Source of the DNA: Desulfobulbaceae bacterium
GTDB lineage: Bacteria; Desulfobacterota; Desulfobulbia; Desulfobulbales; Desulfobulbaceae
Length of the DNA: 64,000 bases
Reading direction: 5' to 3'
Assembly: GCA_026990385.1 (NCBI GenBank)
Contig: JALXDL010000039.1
Coordinates: 4,466 to 68,465 of the forward strand
The notes under the pieces are model-generated. The model was not told where the DNA came from, ran no database searches, and saw only the letters and a list, made by a program, of their open reading frames with translations. Numbering within the stretch: the stretch's first letter is position 1; every line of letters begins with the position of its first letter. The translations under genes and the position numbers were made by a program. Shown here piece after piece: positions 37,980 through 48,501 of the stretch.

Positions 37980-38583
37980 TGTGTGGCTCCTTGTAACAGG
38001 CGGCGGAAAGCGGATGCCTGGTCAGAGATTATTGATGCAGCAGTTTCAAGCGGCTGGCCACTTTTGAAGGCGGAACAGCGGCGGTCGGCGTCCCGGTCGC
38101 GGCGCAGGCCGACGGCATGACCGGCGGGATCGGGTCCGGCCTGTAAAACGAAAATTTTCAGTATATCCCCAAAGAGTTTTCCCTTCAAGGGAAGAAATCG
38201 GGCTGACAGTGTTGGGCGGTAATCACCCCGGCCGGCACGCCTGCTCCGGTCTGCGGACATGCAGTGCATGGAGGCCCTGCCAGCCACGGCTGCAGCACAG
38301 GGTCGCCCCCGGGGCGCGGTTCGGTCCCGTGATACAGGGGCCTGCCTGACCGGGCCTTTCATCGGCAACTGTTCCCTCCTGCGGTATTGAACCCGGGATG
38401 GCGGCGGGTTTCACGGTTTGCCGCGGCTGATGGCGGAATCCGGCCCGGCAGGGATTTTCCCGGTTTTGCGGAGAATACGTACTTTCCTGTTGTCTGGAAA
38501 CCAGAATGAAGTTATACTTTATTTTTTTTCCGAGAAAAGGAGTTTCTGTCCGGCCAGTCGTAACTGATCACAGGGGTACTATA

Positions 38584-38709
38584 ACTCGTTGTTGTCACAG
38601 CCTCGAAACTGTACGTTGGCACAGATGCCCGAATCTGTGCAGGCGCGCCGATCCCGGTATGCGGAGCGGCGCGACCGTGCAGAGGCGGGGTGCCTGTGAC
38701 GGCTTACGG
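38584..38709 (+). repeat. D + inverted C' + spacer + C element
   Basis: 38584-38614 is 25/31 identical to 59818-59848; 38610-38648 resembles 19701-19742; 38668-38700 matches the reverse complement of 19710-19742 at 32/33. Confidence 0.8.
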
Positions 38710-38890
38710 CCAGTTAGTGGACTGTTTTCGGCTGTCCCTGTGCACCGTGACACCATGTGATCCGGCGCCCGGGGACGCGCTTCCCTCCTTCAGGTTGCCG
38801 ACCGGCGGACTCCTGGCGCGATCAGAAAATCCAGTTACCTAAACTCAGTTACCTATACTTATTGAACCGGTGTGAAAAAAGGGGAGAGAG

Positions 38891-40489
38891 ATGAAGGTCC
38901 TTATCAGCGACAACCTGGCGCCGATCGGCGAGAAGATACTCAGGGATGCAGGCCTGGAGGTGGATGTCAACACGGGGCTGCCGCCGGAGGAGCTCAAGGC
39001 CATTATCCCGGAATATGACGGCCTGGTGATCCGCAGCGCCACCAAGGTGCGTGCCGATATAATCGAGGCCGCCACCAGGCTCAAGGTGGTCGGCCGGGCC
39101 GGTATCGGGCTCGACAATGTCGATATTCCGGCCGCCAGCCAGAAGGGCATAGTGGTCATGAACGCGCCGGACGGCAATGCGACCACGGCCGCCGAGCATG
39201 CCATCGCCATGATGATGTCGCTTGCCCGCAACATCCCCCAGGCCACTGCCTCCATGAAGGCCGGCAAGTGGGAGAAGAAGTCGTTCATGGGGCGCGAGGT
39301 CTCGGGCAAGGTGCTGGGCATTGTCGGCATCGGCCGCATCGGCTCCATTGTCGCCAACCGGGCCCAGGGGCTGCACATGAAGGTCATTGCCTATGATCCC
39401 TTCATGCCGCTGGACCTGGTGGAGAAGCTCGGCGTCGAGCTGGTGGAACTGGACGAGCTGGCCAGGCGGGCCGATTTCATCTCCGTGCATACGCCCCTGA
39501 CCAAGGGAACCCGCCACCTGCTGTCCACCGAGTTTTTCGCCAACATGAAGGAAGACGCCATGTTCATCGACTGCGCCCGCGGCGGTGTCGTGGACGAGGA
39601 TGCCCTGTACGAGGCGCTGAAGGAGGGGCGGATCGCCGGCGCGGCCCTGGACGTCTTTGAAAAGGAACCCACCAGCCTGGAGACCACGCCGCTGCTTTCG
39701 CTCAACAACTTCATCTGTACGCCGCATCTCGGCGCCTCCACCAGCGAGGCCCAGGAGAACGTGGCCTCGGCCATTGCCGAACAGGTGGCCGATTACCTGC
39801 TCAAGGGCGCGGTTCGCAACGCGGTCAACGTCCCCTCGGTCAGTGATGACGTGCTGGCCAAGGTCGGTCCCTATATCACCCTGGGCGAGATGCTGGGTTC
39901 CCTGCACATGCAGATCGCCCGTGGCGGGGTGGAGGAGATCAACCTGGAATTCAGCGGTGACCTGGCCGAGCAGGATACCGGGCCGGTGACGGTCGCCTTT
40001 CTCAAGGGATTGTTCACTCCCATCCTCCAGGACGCGGTCAATTTCGTCAATGCGCCCCTCATCGCCAAGGAGCGCGGCATCCGGGTGGTTGAATCCAAGA
40101 CCAAGCAGGCTGCGGATTTCACCAACCTCCTGCGGATCACCGTCCGGACCAATGAAGGAGAGAACCTGCTGGCCGGCACCGTGTTCGGCAAGAAGGAGCC
40201 CCGGCTGGTCCGGTTCAACTCGTTCAGGCTCGAGGCCCTGCCCGCCGGCCACATGCTCCTGGTCTACAACCAGGACAAGCCCGGCGTGATCGGCGCCCTG
40301 GGCACCACCCTGGGAGCGGACGGCACCAATATCTCCAGCATGACCGTTGGCCGCGAGGAGAGCAGCAACCAGAATATCATCCTGCTCAACACCGATACCC
40401 TGGTCTCCCGCGAGCTGCTGGAAAAGGTCCGCAACCTGCCCGACATTGATGACGCCATGGTCCTGGAGCTGCCCCCCTACAACGGCTGA
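38891..40489 (+). CDS. serA: D-3-phosphoglycerate dehydrogenase (with ASB and ACT domains)
   Basis: GRAGIGLDNVD, GIVGIGRIG, AALDVFEKEP, TPHLGAST and NQDKPGVIG. Confidence 0.95.
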   Translation: MKVLISDNLAPIGEKILRDAGLEVDVNTGLPPEELKAIIPEYDGLVIRSATKVRADIIEAATRLKVVGRAGIGLDNVDIPAASQKGIVVMNAPDGNATTAAEHAIAMMMSLARNIPQATASMKAGKWEKKSFMGREVSGKVLGIVGIGRIGSIVANRAQGLHMKVIAYDPFMPLDLVEKLGVELVELDELARRADFISVHTPLTKGTRHLLSTEFFANMKEDAMFIDCARGGVVDEDALYEALKEGRIAGAALDVFEKEPTSLETTPLLSLNNFICTPHLGASTSEAQENVASAIAEQVADYLLKGAVRNAVNVPSVSDDVLAKVGPYITLGEMLGSLHMQIARGGVEEINLEFSGDLAEQDTGPVTVAFLKGLFTPILQDAVNFVNAPLIAKERGIRVVESKTKQAADFTNLLRITVRTNEGENLLAGTVFGKKEPRLVRFNSFRLEALPAGHMLLVYNQDKPGVIGALGTTLGADGTNISSMTVGREESSNQNIILLNTDTLVSRELLEKVRNLPDIDDAMVLELPPYNG

Positions 40490-40602
40490 TCCGTATCTGC
40501 CGACATCCGGTCTGCATCGTTCCGGCGCCACGGCGGTGTTCCTGTGGCGCCGGCCGGTTCCTGAACCAATTCAGGCCAACCTCTACAGGAGACAGTGCAA
40601 CC

Positions 40603-40926
40603 ATGAGTGAGTCATCGAACAACTGCGGTGAGTGTCCCGAGGGCAGGGTCCGCAACAAGGAGGGCAAGTGTGTCATGCCCGAGGTTTCCTTTGCCTCGTT
40701 CATCTTGTCGCTGAACACCTCGGCCCTCTTCCATCTCGGTGAACTGCCCCACCCGGAAACAGGGGAAAAGGTCCGGGACATCGAGCTTGCCCGCCATACC
40801 ATCGATACCCTGACCATGCTTGCCGAAAAGACCAGGGGCAACCTGGACGCCCAGGAAAATGAACTGCTGACCAGGATGCTCTACGAGCTGAAGATGCGGT
40901 TTGTCAAGTCCGCCCAGAAAACCTGA
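40603..40926 (+). CDS. DUF1844 family protein
   Basis: FASFILSL..ALFHLG, LARHTIDTL.ML.EKTRGNL..E..LL..LYELKMRF. Confidence 0.85.
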   Translation: MSESSNNCGECPEGRVRNKEGKCVMPEVSFASFILSLNTSALFHLGELPHPETGEKVRDIELARHTIDTLTMLAEKTRGNLDAQENELLTRMLYELKMRFVKSAQKT

Positions 40927-40937
40927 CCGGACCCGGC

Positions 40938-41858
40938 ATGCCGCCTGATTCACTGACTCTTCGTGCTCCGGCAAAGATCAACCTCTCGCTCAGGGTAACC
41001 GGCCGCCGGCCCGACGGGTACCACACGCTGGACACCCTGATGCAGAAGGTGGCCCTGTACGACAGGCTGGTCCTGCGGCCGAAGAAGCGGGGCATACGGC
41101 TGTCCTGTCCTGACAGCGACCTGCCCGAAGACGACAGCAACCTGGTCCACCGGGCGGCGGCCCATTTTTTTTCCAGCATGGGACACCGTCTCTCCGGGAC
41201 AGCACAGGGCGTGGAGCTGGTTCTTTTCAAGACCATTCCCGTTGCCGCCGGACTTGGCGGCGGTTCCAGCGATGCCGCAGCCACCCTGCTGGGTATGAAC
41301 CGGATCTTCCAGGCCGGATGCAGCAGGCGGGAACTTGCCGAAATGGGGCTTGCCCTGGGCGCGGATGTGCCATTTTTCGTGTCCGATCTTGCCGCGGCAA
41401 GGGCCACGGGTATCGGCGAGGTGCTGGTACCGGCGCCGTCACTCGAAGGATACCTGGTCCTGCTGGCCAATCCCGGGTTTTCCGTGTCAACGAGGTGGGT
41501 ATATGAGACTTTCGCGTTGACATCCGAAACAAAAAAAATTAACCTGTATAATTCCCTGGATGACGAGAGACGGTCGAAGCAGGGGGGACCGTCCAGCGGC
41601 CGGTGCGATTATCATTTTGAAATGACGAATGATCTCGAACGGGTAACCATATCCCGTCACCCCGGGATCAGTGAAATCAAACAGGCCCTGCTTGCAGGCG
41701 GGGCCGAGGCGGCCATGATGTCAGGGTCCGGGCCGACCGTATTCGCCCTTTTCCCTCTCCAGCAGTTGGAAAGGGCCAGGAAGTGCCAGCATACGCTGCG
41801 TGCGAGCTGTCCCCACGTCTTTCTGGTCGAGCCGCTGCGGTCGGAACGAGGGGGGTGA
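40938..41858 (+). CDS. ispE: 4-diphosphocytidyl-2-C-methyl-D-erythritol kinase
   Basis: APAKINL, KTIPVAAGLGGGSSDAA, LGADVPFF and MSGSGPTVF. Confidence 0.96.
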   Translation: MPPDSLTLRAPAKINLSLRVTGRRPDGYHTLDTLMQKVALYDRLVLRPKKRGIRLSCPDSDLPEDDSNLVHRAAAHFFSSMGHRLSGTAQGVELVLFKTIPVAAGLGGGSSDAAATLLGMNRIFQAGCSRRELAEMGLALGADVPFFVSDLAAARATGIGEVLVPAPSLEGYLVLLANPGFSVSTRWVYETFALTSETKKINLYNSLDDERRSKQGGPSSGRCDYHFEMTNDLERVTISRHPGISEIKQALLAGGAEAAMMSGSGPTVFALFPLQQLERARKCQHTLRASCPHVFLVEPLRSERGG

Positions 41859-41925
41859 GCGTTATTGACCATGGAATCTTTTGTGGAATAGGTGGAAAAG
41901 CGGATCTGGTTCGCAATTGACCGAT

Positions 41926-42000
41926 TGGGGCGTCGTCAAGCGGTAAGACACAAGGTTTTGATCCTTGCATTCGGGGGTTCGAATCCCTCCGCCCCAGCCA
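41926..42000 (+). tRNA. tRNA-Gln(TTG)
   Basis: Acceptor stem TGGGGCG/CGCCCCA + G + encoded CCA; anticodon arm CAAGG-TTTTGAT-CCTTG; T-loop GGTTCGAATCC; canonical ispE-tRNA-Gln-prs position. Confidence 0.97.
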
Positions 42001-42018
42001 AATTCTGAGGCTCCCATC

Positions 42019-42957
42019 ATGCCGAACATAATGAAGGTGTTTACCGGCAATGCCAACCCGGCCATTGCCGAGGAGATTTGCAATTACCTGGACATCCCCC
42101 TGGCCGCCGCCGAGGTGAAGCAGTTCTCTGACGGGGAGATATCGGTGGAGATCGGCGAAAACGTCCGCGGTACCGATGTCTTTGTCATTCAGCCCACCTG
42201 CACGCCGGTCAACGACCATCTCATGGAACTGATCATCATGGTTGACGCGCTGCGCAGGGCGTCGGCCCGACGGATTACCGCCGTTATGCCCTATTACGGA
42301 TATGCCCGCCAGGACCGCAAGGTCCGGCCGCGGGTGCCCATCACGGCCAAGGCCGTGGCCGAGATGCTGATGGCGGTGGGCACCCGCCGGGTTCTCTGCA
42401 TGGACCTGCACGCCGGGCAGATCCAGGGGTTTTTCAATATCCCGGTGGATCACCTCTATGCCGCGCCCATCATCCTCAAGTACATCAGGGAGACCTTTGA
42501 CAATGTCATCATGGTCTCGCCGGATGCCGGCGGCGTGGAACGGACCAGGGCCTTTGCCAAGCGCCTCAACACCGGCCTGGCCATCATCGACAAGCGGCGC
42601 GAGCGGGCCAACGAGTGCGAGGCCATGCACGTGATCGGCGACGTGACCGGCAAGACGGCCATTCTCCTGGACGACATGGTCGATACCGCCGGCACCCTGT
42701 GCGGGGCCGCGGAGAAGCTCAAGGAGCAGGGCGCAAAAGAGGTCCATGCCTGCTGCTCGCATGCGGTCCTATCCGGGCCTGCCATCGGGCGGCTGGAGGC
42801 CTCCTGCATCAAGTCGCTGGTGGTGACCAACTCCATCCCCCTGCGGGATGAAGGAAAGAAATGCAAGAAGATCACCGTGCTCTCTGTGGGTGAACTGCTC
42901 GGCGAGGCGATCCGGAGGATCCATGCCGAGGACTCGGTGAGCTATCTCTTTGTCTGA
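42019..42957 (+). CDS. prs: Ribose-phosphate pyrophosphokinase
   Basis: [35 protein letters not shown] and DDMVDTAGT. Confidence 0.97.
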   Translation: MPNIMKVFTGNANPAIAEEICNYLDIPLAAAEVKQFSDGEISVEIGENVRGTDVFVIQPTCTPVNDHLMELIIMVDALRRASARRITAVMPYYGYARQDRKVRPRVPITAKAVAEMLMAVGTRRVLCMDLHAGQIQGFFNIPVDHLYAAPIILKYIRETFDNVIMVSPDAGGVERTRAFAKRLNTGLAIIDKRRERANECEAMHVIGDVTGKTAILLDDMVDTAGTLCGAAEKLKEQGAKEVHACCSHAVLSGPAIGRLEASCIKSLVVTNSIPLRDEGKKCKKITVLSVGELLGEAIRRIHAEDSVSYLFV

Positions 42958-43026
42958 GAATCTTTCGATTCTGCCAATCAATCGGTATCACACGATTTAC
43001 TCCTGTTAAAAGGAAGGAGGAACAAC

Positions 43027-43584
43027 ATGTTGCAGGTAGATATGCCGTCAGCGGTCCGCACGGTCTTCGGAAAGGGTGCCATGCGGCGTCTGCGGAAGAA
43101 CAACCTGATTCCTGGTGTCTGTTACAGCGGTGGTGAAAAGCCCATCCCCCTGCAGTTCGATTCCGTCGACCTGCAGAAGAACCTGCTCCACATCCATGGC
43201 CGCAATGCCGTGATCACCCTGGAGGTCGAGGGCGACAGCGAACGGCAGCACCACGTCCTGGTCCAGGAAATTCAGCAGGATCCGGTTACGGACCGGGTCA
43301 TCCACGTCGATCTGCTCAAGATCGACCTGGACACCCCCCGGGACTTCGAGGTTCCCCTCGAGTTCACCGGGACCGCCAAGGGGGTGGATATGGGGGGTGA
43401 GTTGCATGTGTTCAGGCATGTTGTTCACCTGCGCGGCCGGGCCCTGGATATCCCGGATTCCATTGTCACCGACATCACCCCCCTGGAGCGGGGAGGTGCC
43501 GGCCTGACCTTCGGCGACCTGAAGCTGCCGGAGAACGTGGAGATGCTCGATGATCCCGAAGTCGTCTGCGTGACGGTCTACTGA
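43027..43584 (+). CDS. rplY: 50S ribosomal protein L25/Ctc
   Basis: GKGAMRRLR..IPGVCY, IQQDPV..HVDL and KGVDMGG; AGGAGG RBS. Confidence 0.93.
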   Translation: MLQVDMPSAVRTVFGKGAMRRLRKNNLIPGVCYSGGEKPIPLQFDSVDLQKNLLHIHGRNAVITLEVEGDSERQHHVLVQEIQQDPVTDRVIHVDLLKIDLDTPRDFEVPLEFTGTAKGVDMGGELHVFRHVVHLRGRALDIPDSIVTDITPLERGGAGLTFGDLKLPENVEMLDDPEVVCVTVY

Positions 43585-43929
43585 TCTCCTTGCTGTACTG
43601 CGGGCGCCGGAAACCGGGCCGCGACACAGTGACCACGGCGGCAGGGCGATTGCAGTCAGAAGGCGTCGCTGCCTGGACCGGCTGTGGCCACCGGTCAGGG
43701 CGGGACGCGCCTGCAGACTTGCAGCAGGTCGCCGTGCAATGCCGGGATCTGTGCTCCCGGCCCTGGCGCTGCCTTCTATACGGGTGGTCGCCGCGATAGG
43801 CAATGTCCTGGCCGGGAAAATTCTTTTCGCCGGCCTTGTTTCCTGTGCCGTTCCCAGGCCTGTGGCACGCAACAGGCGAGAAGAGCATTCCCGTGACCCG
43901 ATATCCCACCTCCTCTCTTTCCTCCCCGC

Positions 43930-44520
43930 ATGGCTGACACGGTTTTTCTGATCGTCGGGCTGGGCAACCCCGGTTCCCGGTACGCCCTGACCAGGCATAA
44001 TGCCGGATTCCTGGCCATTGACCACTTCGCCGACACTGTTGGCTGCGGTCTCACCTCCACCAAGTGGCAGGGTGAGTACTGCCGCCTGCGCCTGGCCGGG
44101 AGTTCAGTGATTCTTCTCAAGCCCCAGACCTATATGAATCGCTCCGGTGAATGCGTGGCCAGGTTTGTCGACTATTTCAGGATCAGCCGCGAGCGGATAC
44201 TTGTCCTCCACGATGACCTCGACCTCCCCGCCGGCCGGATCAAGGTCGTGGCCCGGGGTGGAGCCGGCGGCCACAACGGTATCCGCTCCATCATCAGGTA
44301 CCTGGGTGGTTCGGATTTTGCGCGGATCAAGATCGGCATCGGCCGGCCGCCGGCAGGAGATGGCGCAACCGCCATGCCGGTGGAACGCTGGGTTCTGGCC
44401 AGGTTTTCCGAACAGGAACTGGCGGTCTTCGAGGAAAACCTTGAAAAAACAGACAGGGCCATCCGGTTGTACATCGAGCAGGGAATTGACGCCTGTATGA
44501 ATGAAATAAACAGGAGATGA
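43930..44520 (+). CDS. pth: Peptidyl-tRNA hydrolase
   Basis: GLGNPG..TRHNAGF, KPQTYMNRSG, HDDLD and GGHNGIRS. Confidence 0.97.
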   Translation: MADTVFLIVGLGNPGSRYALTRHNAGFLAIDHFADTVGCGLTSTKWQGEYCRLRLAGSSVILLKPQTYMNRSGECVARFVDYFRISRERILVLHDDLDLPAGRIKVVARGGAGGHNGIRSIIRYLGGSDFARIKIGIGRPPAGDGATAMPVERWVLARFSEQELAVFEENLEKTDRAIRLYIEQGIDACMNEINRR

Positions 44521-44700
44521 CACACAAGCGACCGGAAGAGTGGCAGGTTCCCTGACCTCCCCTTGAAAGCCGCCCGGCGACAGCGGTCCGCACCGGAAGC
44601 ATTCCAGGCACGACCACCCCGGATCCATGTTCCCTGCCAGGGTACCCCTCCCGGCTGATCAGCTGCACGAGGCTGCCTCCATACAGAAGGACACTCTTTT

Positions 44701-44729
44701 TTGCCAATCCCGGAAAAATATGGTATATT
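44701..44729 (+). promoter_or_regulatory. Putative sigma70 promoter of carD with extended -10
   Basis: TTGCCA-17 nt-TATATT preceded by TGn. Confidence 0.6.
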
Positions 44730-44807
44730 ATAAAATTGTACGGGCTTTCCGTGCGGTTTTCCGGCTGATTGCCGGTAAAATTTTATGATATTTTTCAGGA
44801 GGAGCTT

Positions 44808-45287
44808 GTGTTTTCAGCAGGTGATATGGCTGTGTATCCGGCCCATGGTGTTGGACTCATCGAGGCCATAGAAACACAAAACGTTGGTGGTGTCGATCAA
44901 TCCTTCTACGTGATGAAGATCCTTGATAACGACATGACCATCATGATTCCGACTGCCACCAGTGACAATGTCGGCCTCAGGGCGATCATCTCCAAGGAGG
45001 AGGTGAAAAAGGTCATCGATATCCTCAAGGACAGGGATGTCAAGATCAGTTCCCAGACATGGAATCGCCGCTACCGGGATTACATGGAGAAGATCAAGAC
45101 AGGTTCGGTCTTCGAGGTGGCCGTTGTCCTGCGTGACCTGTTCATCCTCAAGGAAGACAAAGATCTTTCCTACGGTGAGCGAAAGATGATGGACACGGCA
45201 AAGAACCTGCTTGTCAAGGAACTCTCCCTGGCCAAGAATACGGACGAGAAAAAGATAGAAAAGCAGATCGAGAAGCTTTTCAGCTGA
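44808..45287 (+). CDS. carD: CarD/CdnL RNA polymerase-binding regulator
   Basis: GDMAVYPAHGVG, WNRRYR..EKIKTG and LSYGER; GTG start behind AGGAGG. Confidence 0.92.
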   Translation: MFSAGDMAVYPAHGVGLIEAIETQNVGGVDQSFYVMKILDNDMTIMIPTATSDNVGLRAIISKEEVKKVIDILKDRDVKISSQTWNRRYRDYMEKIKTGSVFEVAVVLRDLFILKEDKDLSYGERKMMDTAKNLLVKELSLAKNTDEKKIEKQIEKLFS

Positions 45288-45697
45288 TCGTTCTTGCCGG
45301 TCCATGGAAAATCCGGACCGGACAGGGCCCGGGGTATCTCCCGGTTCAGCGGCATTCGCGACTGCCGGCGCCGTTTCCGGCAAGGAGGGGAAGATTCGGC
45401 TCGGCGACAGGATACGGCTCCACCTGCAGCCGGTATCCGGGGCCGCCGATGGGCCGGACAGCGATGGGACGTGGTCATCCCCTGGTCGTGCGACAACCGG
45501 ATCGGCTGCCTTCCGGTGGCCGGTTTCCGTGATCAGCCTACTGCGGCCCCTGGCAGTGAGGAGCTGGCCGCAGTGGCAGGAACCCTCTGCATGGGCATAG
45601 TCCCCTGATCTGAAAATCCGGCTGTGCCGGTCTTTCCCCCGGGTGGACCGTTTCACCCCCCTGCAACACTGAAAATATAAGCATATCGCTTTTTCCA

Positions 45698-45726
45698 TTT
45701 GCAGATGGGTGAAACGTTTCATCCGG
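45698..45726 (-). repeat. Repeat module B copy
   Basis: 19-nt core CGTTTCACCCATCTGCAAA (reverse complement of 45698-45716) is identical to the core of 47593-47622. Confidence 0.75.
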
Positions 45727-45755
45727 GTTTCCGTTGTATTTTCTGAATCTCCCTG

Positions 45756-46739
45756 ATGATCGAACCCGCAGCCGACAGCAGCGGTTGTCGCTGTGCCGAC
45801 CAACCGCCGGGGCAATCGTCGCAGGTTTTTACCGTCACGGCCGCCGATGCGGGCATGCGCCTGGACCACTACCTGGTGCGGCGGCTTGCCCGATTCTCCC
45901 GTTCCGCCTTGGCGCGCCTGATTCTTTCCGGTCACGTCCGGGTCGGGGGCGACAGGGTCAAGGCCGGCTGCCGGCTGCGAGCCGGTGACCAGGTGACGGT
46001 CTGTTTGCCCGAGCCCGAACCTGCAGGGCTCATTCCGGAGCCGGTTTCGTTCGAGATCCTGCACGAGGACAATGCCCTGCTGGTGATCGTCAAACCGGCC
46101 GGCGTGGTCGTCCATCCCGGTGCCGGCCACAGTGGCGGCACCCTTGTCCACGGACTGCTGCACCATTGTGACCATCTTCCCGGTTCCGATCCCGTGCGGC
46201 CGGGGATCGTGCATCGCCTGGACAAGGAGACCTCCGGCATCATGGTCATCGCCAAGACCGAGGCCGCGCTGCGGACCCTGGCGGCGCAGTTCAAGAACAG
46301 GGGAGTCCGCAAACGCTACCATGCCATCCTCCTGCGCTGTCCTGACCGGGAATCCGGCCGGTTGGCAGCGCCCATTTCCCGTCATCCGGTGCACAGGAGG
46401 AAAATGGCGGTTGCTGCACGGGGTGGACGCCACGCCGCTACCACCTGGAAGGTGGTGGAGCGGTTTGCCGGCGGTCCCTGCCTGGTCGAGGTCGGCATTG
46501 AGACCGGCAGAACCCACCAGATCCGTGTCCACATGGCTTTCCTGGGCACACCGGTCATGGGCGATCCCCTCTATGGAGGTCATCCGGAGCGGTATGGCGA
46601 ACTCGGCGTCCGGAGGCAGATGCTGCATGCCTCTTCCCTTGCCTTCACCCACCCGGAGAGCGGCGCGCCCCTGCACTTCACCGCCCCGCTCCCGCCGGAC
46701 ATGCTGCAGGTGCTCGCCACTCTGCGTGCAGGCACGTGA
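45756..46739 (+). CDS. rluD: RluA-family pseudouridine synthase with S4 domain (RluD-like)
   Basis: RLDHYL S4 domain, KPAGVVVHP, GIVHRLDKETSG and TGRTHQIRVH. Confidence 0.88.
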   Translation: MIEPAADSSGCRCADQPPGQSSQVFTVTAADAGMRLDHYLVRRLARFSRSALARLILSGHVRVGGDRVKAGCRLRAGDQVTVCLPEPEPAGLIPEPVSFEILHEDNALLVIVKPAGVVVHPGAGHSGGTLVHGLLHHCDHLPGSDPVRPGIVHRLDKETSGIMVIAKTEAALRTLAAQFKNRGVRKRYHAILLRCPDRESGRLAAPISRHPVHRRKMAVAARGGRHAATTWKVVERFAGGPCLVEVGIETGRTHQIRVHMAFLGTPVMGDPLYGGHPERYGELGVRRQMLHASSLAFTHPESGAPLHFTAPLPPDMLQVLATLRAGT

Positions 46740-47362
46740 TGGGAAGGATGGTCATCGGTATCTCCGGGGGAATCGGTTCGGGCAAGAGCCGTGTCTGCCG
46801 GTTCTGGTCTGCCCGTTTTTCACTGCCTCTCATCGACCTGGATGCCATCTGCCGTTCCCTTCTCCGGCCCGGCGGGGAGGGGTGGCGCGCCCTGCAGGCG
46901 GGGTTCGGCAATCGGTTTTTTTCCGAAAACGGCTCCCTGGACCGGGCGGCCCTGCGCAGGGCCATCTTTGCCGATCACGGCCTGCGCCGGCAACTGGACC
47001 GCCTGCTCCATCCCCTTGCCCGCAGGGCCATGCAGGACGCCTTGGCCGCGCAGGCCTCGGAAACTCCGGTCCTGGTCGAGATTCCCCTGCTCATAGAGGC
47101 GGGCTGGCGCAGCGACGTGGACAGGGTGGTCGTTGTCTATGCCGGTCTCTGCGAGCGGTGCCGGAGGATAGTGAAGCGTGACCATGTCGACTGCAGTGAG
47201 GCCCTGCGGGCCATCCGTTCCCAGATGAGCCTGGCTGACAAAGCGCTTGTCGCGGATCATGTGATCGACAACTCCGGGGCCTGGGCAGACACCTGCCTCC
47301 AGGTGATCCACCTGGGACGCCTCCTGCAGGACGGTGACCTGGCCGATTCCCCTTGCCGCTGA
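46739..47362 (+). CDS. coaE: Dephospho-CoA kinase
   Basis: IGISGGIGSGKS P-loop, LDRAALR..IF, LLHP, VEIPLL and SQM. Confidence 0.93.
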   Translation: MGRMVIGISGGIGSGKSRVCRFWSARFSLPLIDLDAICRSLLRPGGEGWRALQAGFGNRFFSENGSLDRAALRRAIFADHGLRRQLDRLLHPLARRAMQDALAAQASETPVLVEIPLLIEAGWRSDVDRVVVVYAGLCERCRRIVKRDHVDCSEALRAIRSQMSLADKALVADHVIDNSGAWADTCLQVIHLGRLLQDGDLADSPCR

Positions 47363-47592
47363 ACCGATGTGGGACTTTTGTCAGAAATTTCTTGACAGAA
47401 ATGATGGAAACCAATATTTAGGATTTATAAGACGTTTGAATGCCTCGAATCCGCCTGACTGACGACCTCTCGTTCCAATATTTCACAGCATATAATGTTT
47501 TGAATAACGTTGCACAGCACGAGAGAGGTGTGCAACGGTACCTGAACCGCATACCGCATTCCGGGACGTATCCTGCCACATTTTTTATTCAG

Positions 47593-48254
47593 CCTGAAAT
47601 GAGCGTTTCACCCATCTGCAAATTGAAAGAGCTATCTGGTCATAAATAATTTCTCCCGTGTCGCAGATGAGTGCCGCCCTCCGGGATTTCCATTTTGTCC
47701 CAATCTGCTTCGCCTTGTGGTGTTTCATGCAGGCAGACTGCAACGAAACATCACAAGACTCGCATTCCGGGGCAAAATGAAAATCTCTTAATTCAGGTAC
47801 AACGCAGATTTTTCGCAGCGCATCACTGGATAAAGGTAACCGATCACGGAATATCCACTTACCCCGAACCAATACAGGGCTTGCAACCGGTTGCACGTCC
47901 TTCAAGGGCTATAGGTGATCAGGGGTGCCGCATATCCGTGCAGGCGCGGTCGTGCGCAGGTCCACGAAAAGACCGGTAGCCCTTTCCGCAGGCGATCGTG
48001 ATCGTACAACGGGGTGAGCCGGTACAGCGAGACCCTGTACGGTGCCCCTGGTCGCTTGCGGGTTTCTGATCGCAAGAGATAGAAGGTGCGCAACGGCGCA
48101 TCGGATGATTCTACGGAACCGATCACGGAATTACCCCGGATCAATACAGGACGTGTAGGCGGTTGCAGGGTGCCGGCTGTGCGTGATCGGACTTCACAAG
48201 GTTACACCCCGTATATTGTGAGATTCGAGCGCGTGCATATGGGGTGCCCTGTGA
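47593..48254 (+). repeat. Cluster of repeat modules upstream of rho (B, B right arm, A, A + middle + C)
   Basis: B at 47593-47622; B right arm at 47775-47806; A at 47838-47886; A-middle-C at 48117-48254. Confidence 0.85.
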
Positions 48255-48501
48255 GCGTTTCCATTCATATTTTTCGACATATCCCGTTGCCGTCTGCCCC
48301 GCCAACGCCCCATCCGGGGCCGGTCCGGCAAACGGATAACGGGAATGCTGACTGTGACCGTCAGCGTTGCTGGCCTGGATACCCGGGCACAGTTTCAGGA
48401 CCGGGAGGGCCGGTCTGCAGCGGCAATGTGGTGGCTTCCGCGCAGAACAGCTCCTTGCGTGTTCATTTTCATTACGATTCCTGAGGAGGAATGATTGCTC
48501 G

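Noticed and set aside
44521-44700. Possible ncRNA (for example 6S) between pth and carD
   Set aside because: No recognisable conserved sequence or long stem could be supported by eye.
47585-47905. 106-aa minus-strand ORF with CESC and CMKHH in the coaE-rho gap
   Set aside because: It has a TTG start with no RBS, is built across repeat modules A and B, and has no heme motif or family signature.
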